DNA from: Planctomycetota bacterium | GTDB lineage: Bacteria; Planctomycetota; UBA8108; UBA1146 | Length of the DNA stretch: 64,000 nt | Assembly: GCA_036125855.1 (NCBI GenBank) | Contig: JAYZTT010000017.1 | Location: 21,323 to 85,322, forward strand | Reading direction: 5' to 3' | Part shown: positions 1 to 8,970 of the stretch, piece after piece | How the letters are laid out: each line of letters begins with the position of its first letter | Numbering within the stretch: position 1 is the stretch's first letter | Translations under genes and position numbers: made by a program | Notes under the pieces: model-generated | Seen by the model: only the letters and a program-made list of their open reading frames with translations | Database searches by the model: none | Told to the model about the DNA's origin: nothing

Positions 1-496
1 AAAGATCGGGAAGATCACCAAAGATGTTCTGATAGCGTCGCTTCAGATCGGGTTGATGGCGGATGAATCGGATCGCCTGCAGGCGATCTCCCGCCATCTC
101 CTGAGCGGACTCGATGGGAGCCAGCGCCTGCATCCATAACGAATCCCAGCGACCGTCCCACCCCCACCAGCGCTGTCTCGCCACATCCCACAGCATCGGA
201 GTATCCCGGGGAATACCCGAGGCTCCCCTCGGATGCTGTTTTCCATCGACGAATCCGCGGGCGGGATCATGGCAGGTCGCACAAGAAGTCTCGCCCGCTC
301 CCGACAGGCCTTTTTCAAAGAACAGCAGTTGCCCGAGGCTCGCAGCATCGACGTTGTCGGCATACTGATTGGTGCGATCCGCCGGGACCGAATCGTCCCA
401 GGCCAGCGACAGGGCGCGCCTGAGATACGGCTGGGGGATCAGCGGATCCTCCACAGAAGCACCGACGATGGCGATCCACAGCACTCCTGAGATCAT
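1..496 (-). CDS. Di-haem cytochrome c peroxidase/MauG-family protein, N-terminal part (gene continues beyond window start)
   Basis: Absent from the ORF track because there is no stop in the window. My translation of the minus strand from ATG 496-494 gives MISGVLWIAIVGASVEDPL...LGQLLFFEKGLSGAGETSCATCHDPARGFVDGK...RDTPMLWDVARQRWWGWDGRWDSLWMQALAPIESAQEMAGD. This shows a signal/TM segment, a CxxCH haem site and the WDGR..EM block typical of bacterial CCP. ATGA overlap with the upstream gene. Confidence 0.75.
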   Translation of the reverse strand, partial: MISGVLWIAIVGASVEDPLIPQPYLRRALSLAWDDSVPADRTNQYADNVDAASLGQLLFFEKGLSGAGETSCATCHDPARGFVDGKQHPRGASGIPRDTPMLWDVARQRWWGWDGRWDSLWMQALAPIESAQEMAGDRLQAIRFIRHQPDLKRRYQNIFGDLPDL

Positions 497-966
497 GGCA
501 CATCCACCCAGGCACGGGCCCGTTCCAGATGAGGTCCTTCCTTCACATCGAGAGTAATCAACCAGCGTCCACTCATGTGAAAACGAACTCCTTCGGCACG
601 AAAACCGCTACTGGCGATCCGCGAGGTCTCCACCGGAACCGCCAATCCATGACCATGATGGGGCATTCCCCCATCAAAATGAACTTCCGCCGCGGTCGAA
701 ATCGGCTCGCCGGCGCGAGACACGATCCCCTCGACGGTGATCTCCTGGTTGAGCGGTGGTTGATCGGGAATCTTCAGGGCAATCAGATAGGTCCCATCGG
801 CGCTTCGCATCTGCAACCAGCCCTCACCGGTCGGCAGGACCACGGGAGGAGTCGTCTGACACCCCACCATCATCAACATCGCCAATCCGATCAGCAGCGA
901 GATCACGACTCCGATGATGATGATCCAGCCGGGCCCATCGGATTGATCATTCATCGTATCCATCAT
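493..966 (-). CDS. Membrane-anchored FixH/YtkA-like domain protein with MPHHGHG motif (hypothetical)
   Basis: 157-aa ORF. N-terminal TM helix (GWIIIIGVVISLLIGLAMLMMV) followed by a beta-rich domain containing HFDGGMPHHGHG. Family assignment is tentative. ATGA overlaps with both neighbours (963-966 and 493-496). Confidence 0.6.
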   Translation of the reverse strand: MMDTMNDQSDGPGWIIIIGVVISLLIGLAMLMMVGCQTTPPVVLPTGEGWLQMRSADGTYLIALKIPDQPPLNQEITVEGIVSRAGEPISTAAEVHFDGGMPHHGHGLAVPVETSRIASSGFRAEGVRFHMSGRWLITLDVKEGPHLERARAWVDVP

Positions 967-2861
967 CGATCTCCTTGCTGTCCCGGCGCGACGTATCCGG
1001 GCATGTAGGGCGGGCTTCCGAAGTGCCGGATCGAGGTCACAACGGTTCCATCGTCAGCATCCGTGGTCACAACCACACCCCGGTGATTTCCATGATCGAG
1101 CACCCAGACCGAACCGTCCTCGGCAATCTGTACCGAGCGGGGCCGATACAGCTGCTTCTCGCCGGTTCCTGGCCCCTCCAGTACCAGCTGGGACTCGCCG
1201 CCACCGGCGGGAATCCTCAGCAGAGCATGGCGCCCCGCATCGGTGACCCAGATGGAGCCATCCGGATGTCGAGCCACCCCGACAGGAATCAGTGCCGCTG
1301 ATTCCACCACCGTCGGTGGACCTCCCTCTGGCAGGAACCGGAACAGCTGGCCCTGCCTGGCATCGGCAACCAGGATTCCATCGTCGTCGGCAGCGATGGC
1401 GGTCGCTTGCTCCAGCAGTCCGCGGGCCGCCAAGATGCCCCGGGGACGGAATCTTTCATCGAACAGCAGGATGCGTTGGTTGGCATCATCGGCAACTGCG
1501 ATGGTTCCATCCTTCATGCACGCCACGGCACCGGGTCTCGGCGCAAAGTCAGCGTTCCAGCCAGCGGTTTCCGCCGCCAGTGCCGCCAGATCGACGGTCC
1601 TCACCAGCGCGATCAACCACGCTTCCCGACGCAGCGGAGCGCGCTGGTTGCGGCGAATCTCGAACATCTGCAGCCGTCGGTTTCCCCGGTCGGATACCAC
1701 GATCCGGGGAAATACCCGATCGGGAAGGAAATCGAGCCCGGCGGGAGTTCGAAACTGCGTGGGCAAGCTGCCATTGGCACCCACCTCGTCGAGCACAAAC
1801 GGCGTCCGCGGTTGCAGTGCCATTACCGCAACTCGTTCTGAATCAGGTTCTGATACCGCGACGAGCAATTGCTCGCCCTCCACCGCCCAGTGCTCGCCAT
1901 AGTGAGAGACCAGATCAACGCGCTGCCACATCTCGGCCGGTTCAATCTCAACTTCTGGATCGCGGACACCGAACAGTTGCACCCGTCGTTCGCTCGGTTC
2001 GGTAACGGCACAGACCAGCGCATCTTCATCGAGGGCAATCGTCTCCGGATAATGAAGTCTGCCCTTCGCCTCCCGAGGGATCAATGCGTGAATCCCCCAT
2101 GAATGCATGCTGATGCCATGACTCCCGAACACCTGGATTCGATGATTGTCGCGGTCGGTCACCAGCAATACCCGATCGGAAAAGCTGGCCAGTCCCATCG
2201 GTGAAGCCAGCAACCCCGGCGCCGCTCCATGGTCTCCGATACCCTGTGCAACTTCGACCGACTCCAGATCTGGATCGAGCGTGAGCAATCGATGATAACC
2301 TCGATCACTGACCCAGATCCGCTCTCCGACGCAGCAAACTCCACGTGGTTCGACGAAACCGTTCCAGCTCCGTTGGTGATGGCCATCGAGATCGAGCAGG
2401 TGAACCTGTCGACGCAACAGATCCGTTACCAGGAAACCCTCGCCCCCGGGAGCAAAAGCGATGGCTCCCGGTTGCCAGGGAGCCGGTGGACCGGGCAACA
2501 ATCGAACCAGTCTTCCGGAACGATCGATCTCACCCAGAACGCCACTGTCATCGACCACCACAAAATGACCTCGACGCAGCGGCAAGATTCCGCGCGGACG
2601 GGAAAAGCGATCGGGTAACGAAACGGCATCTGCACTTTTTCTGCCAGCGACATCGATTTGAAGGAATTGAGCGGGTCTCTCGGTGACCAGAGCGAAGCCA
2701 CCCCCCGGGGTGGTACAAATCGCCGTGGGAACCGCAGGCTCACAGGAGAAGGTGCCCAGAGAATGGCCCAGGGATAGAACCCCGGAGAGATCCTCAGTGC
2801 CGGGAGATGTCGCCACAACTGCGGGATTCAGCCACAGAATCAGGACCAGAAGTGAAGTCAT
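963..2861 (-). CDS. Secreted NHL-repeat beta-propeller protein
   Basis: 632-aa ORF with an N-terminal signal (MTSLLVLILWLNPAVVATSP) and repeated NHL-type blades (DRDNHRIQVF, DRGNRRLQMFE, DANQRILLFD, DHGNHRGVVV, DAGRHALLRI). Confidence 0.8.
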   Translation of the reverse strand: MTSLLVLILWLNPAVVATSPGTEDLSGVLSLGHSLGTFSCEPAVPTAICTTPGGGFALVTERPAQFLQIDVAGRKSADAVSLPDRFSRPRGILPLRRGHFVVVDDSGVLGEIDRSGRLVRLLPGPPAPWQPGAIAFAPGGEGFLVTDLLRRQVHLLDLDGHHQRSWNGFVEPRGVCCVGERIWVSDRGYHRLLTLDPDLESVEVAQGIGDHGAAPGLLASPMGLASFSDRVLLVTDRDNHRIQVFGSHGISMHSWGIHALIPREAKGRLHYPETIALDEDALVCAVTEPSERRVQLFGVRDPEVEIEPAEMWQRVDLVSHYGEHWAVEGEQLLVAVSEPDSERVAVMALQPRTPFVLDEVGANGSLPTQFRTPAGLDFLPDRVFPRIVVSDRGNRRLQMFEIRRNQRAPLRREAWLIALVRTVDLAALAAETAGWNADFAPRPGAVACMKDGTIAVADDANQRILLFDERFRPRGILAARGLLEQATAIAADDDGILVADARQGQLFRFLPEGGPPTVVESAALIPVGVARHPDGSIWVTDAGRHALLRIPAGGGESQLVLEGPGTGEKQLYRPRSVQIAEDGSVWVLDHGNHRGVVVTTDADDGTVVTSIRHFGSPPYMPGYVAPGQQGDR

Positions 2862-2967
2862 CCATTTCCTCCTGTCGCTAGCATCGCGATCTCCGGGGCC
2901 AACAGCAACCGTGGTCTCGCCCAGTTCCTGTCGGGGGCCTATCCTGATCGCTGAAAAGGGGTACGCA

Positions 2968-3417
2968 ATGGAATCACCGGATGGCTCCAGGGGACTCTGC
3001 TGGCGCAGCGATCGCTGGATCCCCTGGTCCGAGATCGAGATCTCTCAACAGACGCGGGGAGGCCCCGGCGGGCAACACGCCAATCGGTCCGCCACCGCCA
3101 TCGATCTCCGCTGGTCGCCGGTCCAATCGGGTGCTTTTGAACAGGCAGAGCAACAACGTCTGATCCGTGCCCTCTCCTCGCGTATCGATGGCGAAGGCAA
3201 AATCAGAATCCTGGCCAGCGATGAACGTTCTGCTGCCCGCAATCGTGAACTGGCCCTCAAAAGATTGAGCTTGTTGATCTCCGATGCGCTGCGCCCGAGA
3301 AGAGTGCGACGTCCGACCCGGCCGACCCGCTCCAGTCGTGAAAAAAGAATCCAGCAAAAAAAGAATCGGTCTCAACTCAAGAAGAATCGCCGCAAACCCG
3401 GAACCGATGACCACTGA
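2968..3417 (+). CDS. arfB: Alternative ribosome-rescue factor ArfB (peptidyl-tRNA hydrolase, GGQ domain)
   Basis: IEISQQTRGGPGGQHANRSATAIDLRW (GGQ motif) and the basic tail RRPTRPTRSSREKRIQQKKNRSQLKKNRRK match ArfB/YaeJ. The ORF is open from 2683; ATG 2968 was chosen as the start (149 aa, the usual size). Confidence 0.85.
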   Translation: MESPDGSRGLCWRSDRWIPWSEIEISQQTRGGPGGQHANRSATAIDLRWSPVQSGAFEQAEQQRLIRALSSRIDGEGKIRILASDERSAARNRELALKRLSLLISDALRPRRVRRPTRPTRSSREKRIQQKKNRSQLKKNRRKPGTDDH

Positions 3418-3463
3418 GACGGGAAGTCGGAGTGTGACCGGCCAGCTTGCCGCTGAAGGCTTC

Positions 3464-3495
3464 AAAAAAAAGGCTCCGAGGAACACCTCGGAGCC
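3464..3495 (-). terminator. Intrinsic terminator downstream of tRNA-His
   Basis: Perfect 10-bp stem GGCTCCGAGG/CCTCGGAGCC with a 4-nt loop (3472-3495), flanked by A8 on the plus strand, which is U8 after the hairpin on the minus strand. It could also stop arfB read-through. Confidence 0.7.
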
Positions 3496-3506
3496 CTGAA
3501 ATATCA

Positions 3507-3584
3507 TGGGGTGGGAGGAGGGACTCGAACCCTCGACCTCCAATACCACAAACTGGCGCTCTAACCGACTGAGCTACACCCACC
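3507..3584 (-). tRNA. tRNA-His (anticodon GTG) with encoded G-1 and CCA
   Basis: Manual cloverleaf of the reverse complement: G(-1) GTGGGTG TA GCTC-AGTCGGTTA-GAGC G CCAGT-TTGTGGT-ATTGG AGGTC GAGGG-TTCGAGT-CCCTC CTCCCAC C CCA. G-1:C73 is the His identity element. Confidence 0.9.
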
Positions 3585-3649
3585 ACTGAGTCACCACGCT
3601 CTCCCCTCGAAAGGAGAGAACCCGATGGTGGAGAAGGGTGGCTCGGGTG

Positions 3650-4399
3650 TCAAGGAGACCGGGGAATCCCTTGCCAACAGATTTGCAACAGACAGCCGCT
3701 TTCGCCGGTCGCATCCAGACTGGCCGTCATCTGAAAGCTCAAATATTGATGATTCCGTGGCAACATCGCATCCCAGCACAGGGAAGCTCTCACGCCTCCC
3801 TCGGTCGAGTCGCCCCCGGGTCCGCCGAAATTCAAATCGGGCCAGGCGATCAATTCATGGCGGGTCTGGAACCGATTGTGACGCCAGATCGACTCCAGTG
3901 GCCGATCCGAGAGCGCCGGTGCCGGAGGTAACAGTGGCGCATCGAGCAGCGGATCGACCAGGCACAGGTCAAATCCACCCAGCGGCAGCGGCAGCAATAG
4001 TGGCTGGTTTGGCCCCCCATGTGGATCGTCCTGTTGCCAGCAAACTCCCTTGAAATAGCCTCGTTTGCCCAGATCCAGGTCCATCTGGAGTTGCCGGCGA
4101 ATCAGGTTGCGAGAGGTTTCAAAGATCAGCGAATCGCGGATCGGAGGTTGCCACAACGACACCGTGGCGATCGGGTTGGAGCCAAACAGGTCGGGGTGTC
4201 GATCACCGATCAGCGGCTCGGCAACTGTCAGAGACAGCTCTGAAAACGCCGTTGTCAGCTGTTGGAGATGCGACGTGGAGAGCTCGGCACTATTTTCCGC
4301 CGGCAACCCTGACGGCTCATCACCGCCGGTCATCGGACCCTGCAACAGACTGGAAAACAGCACCATCACCACCAGGGAAGCAGTCAAGACCGGCCTCAT
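3650..4399 (-). CDS. Hypothetical secreted protein
   Basis: 249-aa ORF with an N-terminal signal-like segment (MRPVLTASLVVMVLFSSLLQG). No motif I recognise. Confidence 0.55.
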   Translation of the reverse strand: MRPVLTASLVVMVLFSSLLQGPMTGGDEPSGLPAENSAELSTSHLQQLTTAFSELSLTVAEPLIGDRHPDLFGSNPIATVSLWQPPIRDSLIFETSRNLIRRQLQMDLDLGKRGYFKGVCWQQDDPHGGPNQPLLLPLPLGGFDLCLVDPLLDAPLLPPAPALSDRPLESIWRHNRFQTRHELIAWPDLNFGGPGGDSTEGGVRASLCWDAMLPRNHQYLSFQMTASLDATGESGCLLQICWQGIPRSP

Positions 4400-4481
4400 C
4401 TCGGGAATTCCGGATCAGGCCAGAAGAAGGAAAGGATTCGTCCTCTCGATGGTATCGCTTATCGAGCAAAGGTGAAGTCGG

Positions 4482-5090
4482 CTATCGACCGCGGCTGGCG
4501 AGTCGAACCAGATCCTCGGCACTGGTTTCGTCAGGGTATTCAGCAACCGTTTTCCTGACTCGATCCTGTGCATCGGAGAGCTGGAATCCGAGAACCTGCA
4601 GAGCTCGCACGGCATCGGCGGGAGCCCCTTCCGGAACTCCAACCGTCGCAGGAGATCCAGCCCTCGACGCCAGATCTTCCTTTTCCAGGGCACCACGCAG
4701 ATCGAGAACGATGCGCTGGGCGGTCTTTCGACCGATCCCTTTGACCTTCTCCAGCTCCTCGGTACGTCCTTCGAGAACCGCTTCTCGGAGACGTTCCTGG
4801 TCCACCTCGGACAGCAGGGCTATGGCACTGGCGGGGCCCACTCCCGAAACCTGGCAGATCTGTTCGAAGAAATCCCGTTCTTCCGGCCGGGAAAAACCGA
4901 ACAGGACCATCTGTTCCTCGCGAATTCGATGGGAAATGAAGATACGCGCACGAGAACCGACGCGAAGTTTCTCGAGAGTACCTGCTGGCGCTCGCAGCCG
5001 GTGCCCTACTCCGGATACCTCCAGCACAACAGACTGTGCGGTGATTCGGACCACTTCTCCCGAAAGATATTCGTACAAATCAAACCTCAC
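4482..5090 (-). CDS. ruvA: Holliday junction branch-migration complex subunit RuvA
   Basis: YEYLSGEV..LEVSGVGHRL..LFGFSRPEERDFFEQICQVSGVGPASAIALLS..LEKVKGIGRKTAQRIVLDLRG is collinear with RuvA (OB fold, two HhH, domain III). GTG start overlaps the stop of the upstream gene by 1 nt. Confidence 0.9.
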   Translation of the reverse strand: MRFDLYEYLSGEVVRITAQSVVLEVSGVGHRLRAPAGTLEKLRVGSRARIFISHRIREEQMVLFGFSRPEERDFFEQICQVSGVGPASAIALLSEVDQERLREAVLEGRTEELEKVKGIGRKTAQRIVLDLRGALEKEDLASRAGSPATVGVPEGAPADAVRALQVLGFQLSDAQDRVRKTVAEYPDETSAEDLVRLASRGR

Positions 5091-6358
5091 TAGCCACTAG
5101 AGAGATTCAATCCTCGCTCGTTGAGTTTTTTCTTCACCTCATTGAGGGAGGTGACGCCAAAATTCTTCTGGCTCACCAGTTCAAGTTCATTGCGCTGCAG
5201 CAGATCAGCGATCGTCTCGATCTCGAGCCGATCCATGCACCTCTGACTCCTGCTGGAAAGTTCCAGGATACTGACCGGTTCTCCAAGCAAGGAAGCGGCT
5301 TCTCCATTGACTGTCAGGAGTCTGGTGTCGTCACTGCGGACTCCTTCTCCCAGTCGAAGGTTCTTCTGATTGAGGATCTTCCGGATCTCCTGGAGACTCG
5401 TTTCTCCAAAGTTCTTGTAGGAGAGCAACTCTGCCTCGGACTTGCTGACCAGATCTCCAAGGGTAAAAATTCCCATCTTCTGGAGACAGTTCCGGGACCG
5501 TACCGACAGTTCGAATTCGGTGACCGGAATCTGCAAGACCTGCTGTTTGCGGATATCCTCTTTCTCTTTATCGCGATCGTAGTACATCGACTGAGAAGCC
5601 TCTGCATCGCGCAGGTACAGTTTTGCCCGGCGGTGATTCGGATTGGAGAGCAGAACCATTCGATAACAGGTGATTGCTTCCTCGAACCGATCCGCGTCCT
5701 CGTAGAGGACCCCGAGATTGACCATCGCATGTGCATACAGAGGAGCGGTTCTCTGACACATCCTGTACGCTTCGATGGCTTTCTCTTCATCTCCGTAGAG
5801 GGAGTGCATGTAACCGAGCCGGAACTGGTATCGGGTCTCTTCCGGATTCCCCTCTGCAGCGTCACTGTAGCAAACCAGAGCTTCCTCATACTCTCCCTCA
5901 TGCTGATGCAACAATCCGCGCAGATAACGAATTCTCGGGTGATCCTGTGGAGCAGAGATGTCACTGAAAATCTCACGTGCTCTTTCCACCTCCCCCTCGA
6001 GAATCAATGCTTCGCAGTAGAGCATCCCCACGCGTGGTTCATTCGATCCGTGATTCCATCCTGGATCGAGCACCTTGAGTGCTTGCTCTGAATTCCCCTC
6101 TTCAAGGAGCAATTTACCGAGCAGGTGCATACACAGAGGATTGCTCTGGCAACGAGCCAGGACATCTCTCGCATCGACTCTACGACCGAGCAGGTCGAGA
6201 ACCACTCCCCGGCGAAAATCATCCTCGATGGAATCGAGAAGCTCTTCCAGTTCGTCGATCCCATCCCGGCGAGAGGTCACCCCTTGCCGCGCTTCATGAT
6301 AGAAATCAACACTCGTCTGAGTCTCGAGAATGAGTTCTCGTAGAGAAGACTGGTTCAT
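5090..6358 (-). CDS. TPR-repeat protein with two C-terminal RNA polymerase alpha-subunit CTD-like (HhH) domains
   Basis: TPR-like helical repeats (e.g. AIEAYRMCQRTAPLYAHAMVNLGVLYEDADRFEEAITCYRMVLLSNPNH). These are followed by two alpha-CTD-like units: IPVTEFELSVRSRNCLQKMGIFTLGDLVSKSEAELLSYKNFGETSLQEIRKIL and ILELSSRSQRCMDRLEIETIADLLQRNELELVSQKNFGVTSLNEVKKKL. The ORF is open to 6475; ATG 6358 (MNQSSLREL) is preferred. Confidence 0.8.
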   Translation of the reverse strand: MNQSSLRELILETQTSVDFYHEARQGVTSRRDGIDELEELLDSIEDDFRRGVVLDLLGRRVDARDVLARCQSNPLCMHLLGKLLLEEGNSEQALKVLDPGWNHGSNEPRVGMLYCEALILEGEVERAREIFSDISAPQDHPRIRYLRGLLHQHEGEYEEALVCYSDAAEGNPEETRYQFRLGYMHSLYGDEEKAIEAYRMCQRTAPLYAHAMVNLGVLYEDADRFEEAITCYRMVLLSNPNHRRAKLYLRDAEASQSMYYDRDKEKEDIRKQQVLQIPVTEFELSVRSRNCLQKMGIFTLGDLVSKSEAELLSYKNFGETSLQEIRKILNQKNLRLGEGVRSDDTRLLTVNGEAASLLGEPVSILELSSRSQRCMDRLEIETIADLLQRNELELVSQKNFGVTSLNEVKKKLNERGLNLSSG

Positions 6359-6693
6359 AGAACTATTGGAACTCAAGGATGCCCCCTCGATGTCGAATTG
6401 ATGAAAACTACTAAGGATGACCGACCAAACTGCAGCGAAACCACACCCCACCGACTTTCCTCGGAAAAACTGCAAAAATCGGCGGAAGTTGACGTAGGAT
6501 CATAAGTAACGCTAAACGCCGCGTCAACGCGAACAAGCCGCCCAGAACCCCATCGCTTTCCTTGCCTGCCTCCCCGGTTGCATAGAATATGGCATCTGGG
6601 CCGTCACCGATACCGCTAGTGGCCCACAGGAGATCGTCAAAGTGGCCTCACAACCCCTTGCCGTGGCACAACCTCGGTAGATTTGGAAGATCG

Positions 6694-8970
6694 ATGGCCG
6701 AGGGATTGAATCCCGCCCAGCACGCTGCCGTGACCCATCAGAGGGGTCCACTGGCGGTGATCGCCGGCCCAGGCAGCGGCAAGACGCGGGTGATGACCCA
6801 CCGGATTGCCCACCTCATCAGTTGCGGTGTGACCCCATCCTCGATCCTTGCCATCACCTTCACCAACAAGGCCGCCGACGAGATGCTACGCCGTACTCTG
6901 CATCTGATGGGCGAGGGATCCTCTGCTGGAATTCCCAGATCAGGATTTCTGGGGCCATCATCTCTCGATCTGGATGATGACACACCCGTGCTGCGCACCT
7001 TTCATTCCTTCTGCGCCAGGTTGCTGCGGCGATACATCCACAGAATCGAACCGTATAGCAGTCGCTTCTCCATCTACGATTCTGCTGACCAGTTGCAACT
7101 GGTCACGGAAGTGCAGAAGAATCTCCAGCTAGATCGAACATCTTTTCCACCGAGAGCAACTATTTCCAGAATCAGTCACTGGAAAAATCAGATGACCTCT
7201 CCCGAAGAGGCGGCAGAAGAAACTGCTACTTTCCGCGATCGAGAACTGGCACGAATTTATTTTCGTTATCAAGAGTTACTCGAAGAACGGGATGCTGCTG
7301 ACTTTGATGATCTCTTGCTGTTGCTGGTCAGATTGCTCAGAGAGCACCCTGACGTGCTGGAGAATTTAAGATCTCGTTTTCAGTTCGTGATGATCGATGA
7401 GTTCCAGGACACCAACCGTCCCCAGTACTTGATTGCAAAACTGCTGGCCGAAGAGCACCAAAACCTGTGTATCACCGGCGATCCAGACCAATCGATCTAC
7501 TCCTGGCGAGGCGCAAGTAGCGACAACTTCTTGCGCTTTCGTGAGGATTTTCCTGAACACTCCGTCATCACCCTGGATCAGAACTACCGGTCAACACCTC
7601 AGATCCTGGAGGTTGCATCTCGTCTCTCCGGAAATGAATTCGGAGAACGAAAGCTATTCACGGAGAACCCGGATGGCGATGATGTTCAGGTTCAGCAGGT
7701 CCGCGACGAGCGAAAGGAAGCGGCTCGAATCGCCGACCACATCGAGGGCTGGAAATCTGACGGGGTCTCCTCCTCGGAAATCGCCGTCCTGTATCGCGTC
7801 AATGCACTCTCCCGGACACTGGAAGAGGAATTCGTTCGACGCCGGATCCTCTATTCCGTCATCGGTGGGATGTCCTTCTATGAACGAAAAGAAGTGAAAG
7901 ACATCCTCGCCTATCTCCGCGCCGCAAGGTCAACCAAGGATGACGTCGCCCTGCAACGGATCTTCAATGTCCCGGCCCGAGGAATCGGCAAGGTGAGTAT
8001 TGAACGATTCATCGATGCCGCCAGAGATGCCGGGCGCACTCTGGGAGAACATCTGCGATCCGATGAGGCTCTCGATGCTCTTCGCGGGAAAGCTCGAAAG
8101 GGTGTTGAGCAGCTTCGAGAAGTTCTCTCCGTCATTTCCCGCAATTCAGAAAACTCTCTGACAAAACAGGTGGAGACTGCCATCGAAGCCAGCGGCTATC
8201 TGTCTCACCTTGAGAGGTCAGAACCGGAATCGTGGCAAGAGCGTGAACGGAATCTGGAAGAACTGGTTGCTGCCGCCTCGGAAACGGAAGAAATCCTCAG
8301 AAATGTTTCCCTCCGTGCTGTCGAGGACGATCCTGAATTCGAAGAATTTGACTCGCTGTCGCTTTTTCTCGAGAGAATTGCTCTCGTCACCGATGCGGAG
8401 ATGAAATCGAACGAGGATGGCCAGGTATCCTTGATGACCCTGCACAGCGCAAAGGGGCTCGAGTACGACAAGGTTGCCATCATTGGTGTCGAGGAATCGC
8501 TGATTCCCCACTCTCGCCACGGTGAGCGTGAAGGGATCGAAGAGGAGCGTAGACTACTGTTCGTCGGCGTCACACGGGCACGCAAGCAACTGATCATGAC
8601 CCATGCATCGTGGCGAAGACGTTTTCACGAGCGGGAACCGAGACTTCCCTCCTCATTTCTGGCAGAACTGGAAGGAACCTCCATATCCTTCGAACGCGGC
8701 GAAACCAGCGGCTTTTCGACAGGAGGGTGGGAACGGGACCCGCATGAATTCGCGACAGATCCGGGCCACACGGAAGATGACGGGATTCACCCGGGTGCCT
8801 GGATCCGCCACGAAATCCTCGGAAAAGGAGTCATTTTGAGTGCCCAGGGTCATGGTGCTTCGAAGAGAATCTCGGTTCGATTTGAACGAGGTGGAGAAAA
8901 ACAACTGGTAGTCGCCTATGCTCCCCTGACACCAATCTCACCTCCAGACGAAGAATGGGAATCCTGTTGA
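6694..8970 (+). CDS. ATP-dependent DNA helicase, UvrD/PcrA/Rep family (SF1A)
   Basis: LNPAQHAAV..AGPGSGKTRV (Walker A), MIDEFQDTN, GDPDQSIYSWRGA, QNYRS, VTRARKQL and a C-terminal Tudor-like tail. The ORF is open from 6589; ATG 6694 (MAEGLNPAQ) is preferred. Confidence 0.9.
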   Translation: MAEGLNPAQHAAVTHQRGPLAVIAGPGSGKTRVMTHRIAHLISCGVTPSSILAITFTNKAADEMLRRTLHLMGEGSSAGIPRSGFLGPSSLDLDDDTPVLRTFHSFCARLLRRYIHRIEPYSSRFSIYDSADQLQLVTEVQKNLQLDRTSFPPRATISRISHWKNQMTSPEEAAEETATFRDRELARIYFRYQELLEERDAADFDDLLLLLVRLLREHPDVLENLRSRFQFVMIDEFQDTNRPQYLIAKLLAEEHQNLCITGDPDQSIYSWRGASSDNFLRFREDFPEHSVITLDQNYRSTPQILEVASRLSGNEFGERKLFTENPDGDDVQVQQVRDERKEAARIADHIEGWKSDGVSSSEIAVLYRVNALSRTLEEEFVRRRILYSVIGGMSFYERKEVKDILAYLRAARSTKDDVALQRIFNVPARGIGKVSIERFIDAARDAGRTLGEHLRSDEALDALRGKARKGVEQLREVLSVISRNSENSLTKQVETAIEASGYLSHLERSEPESWQERERNLEELVAAASETEEILRNVSLRAVEDDPEFEEFDSLSLFLERIALVTDAEMKSNEDGQVSLMTLHSAKGLEYDKVAIIGVEESLIPHSRHGEREGIEEERRLLFVGVTRARKQLIMTHASWRRRFHEREPRLPSSFLAELEGTSISFERGETSGFSTGGWERDPHEFATDPGHTEDDGIHPGAWIRHEILGKGVILSAQGHGASKRISVRFERGGEKQLVVAYAPLTPISPPDEEWESC

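Noticed and set aside
2683-2967. In-frame N-terminal extension of the arfB ORF. Similar upstream extensions occur in the track for the helicase, dapF, MATE, M14, MFS and GHL10 genes.
   Set aside because: The extensions are low-complexity, overlap neighbouring genes or promoters, and precede internal starts. Those internal starts have SD sequences and give proteins of canonical length with proper signal peptides.
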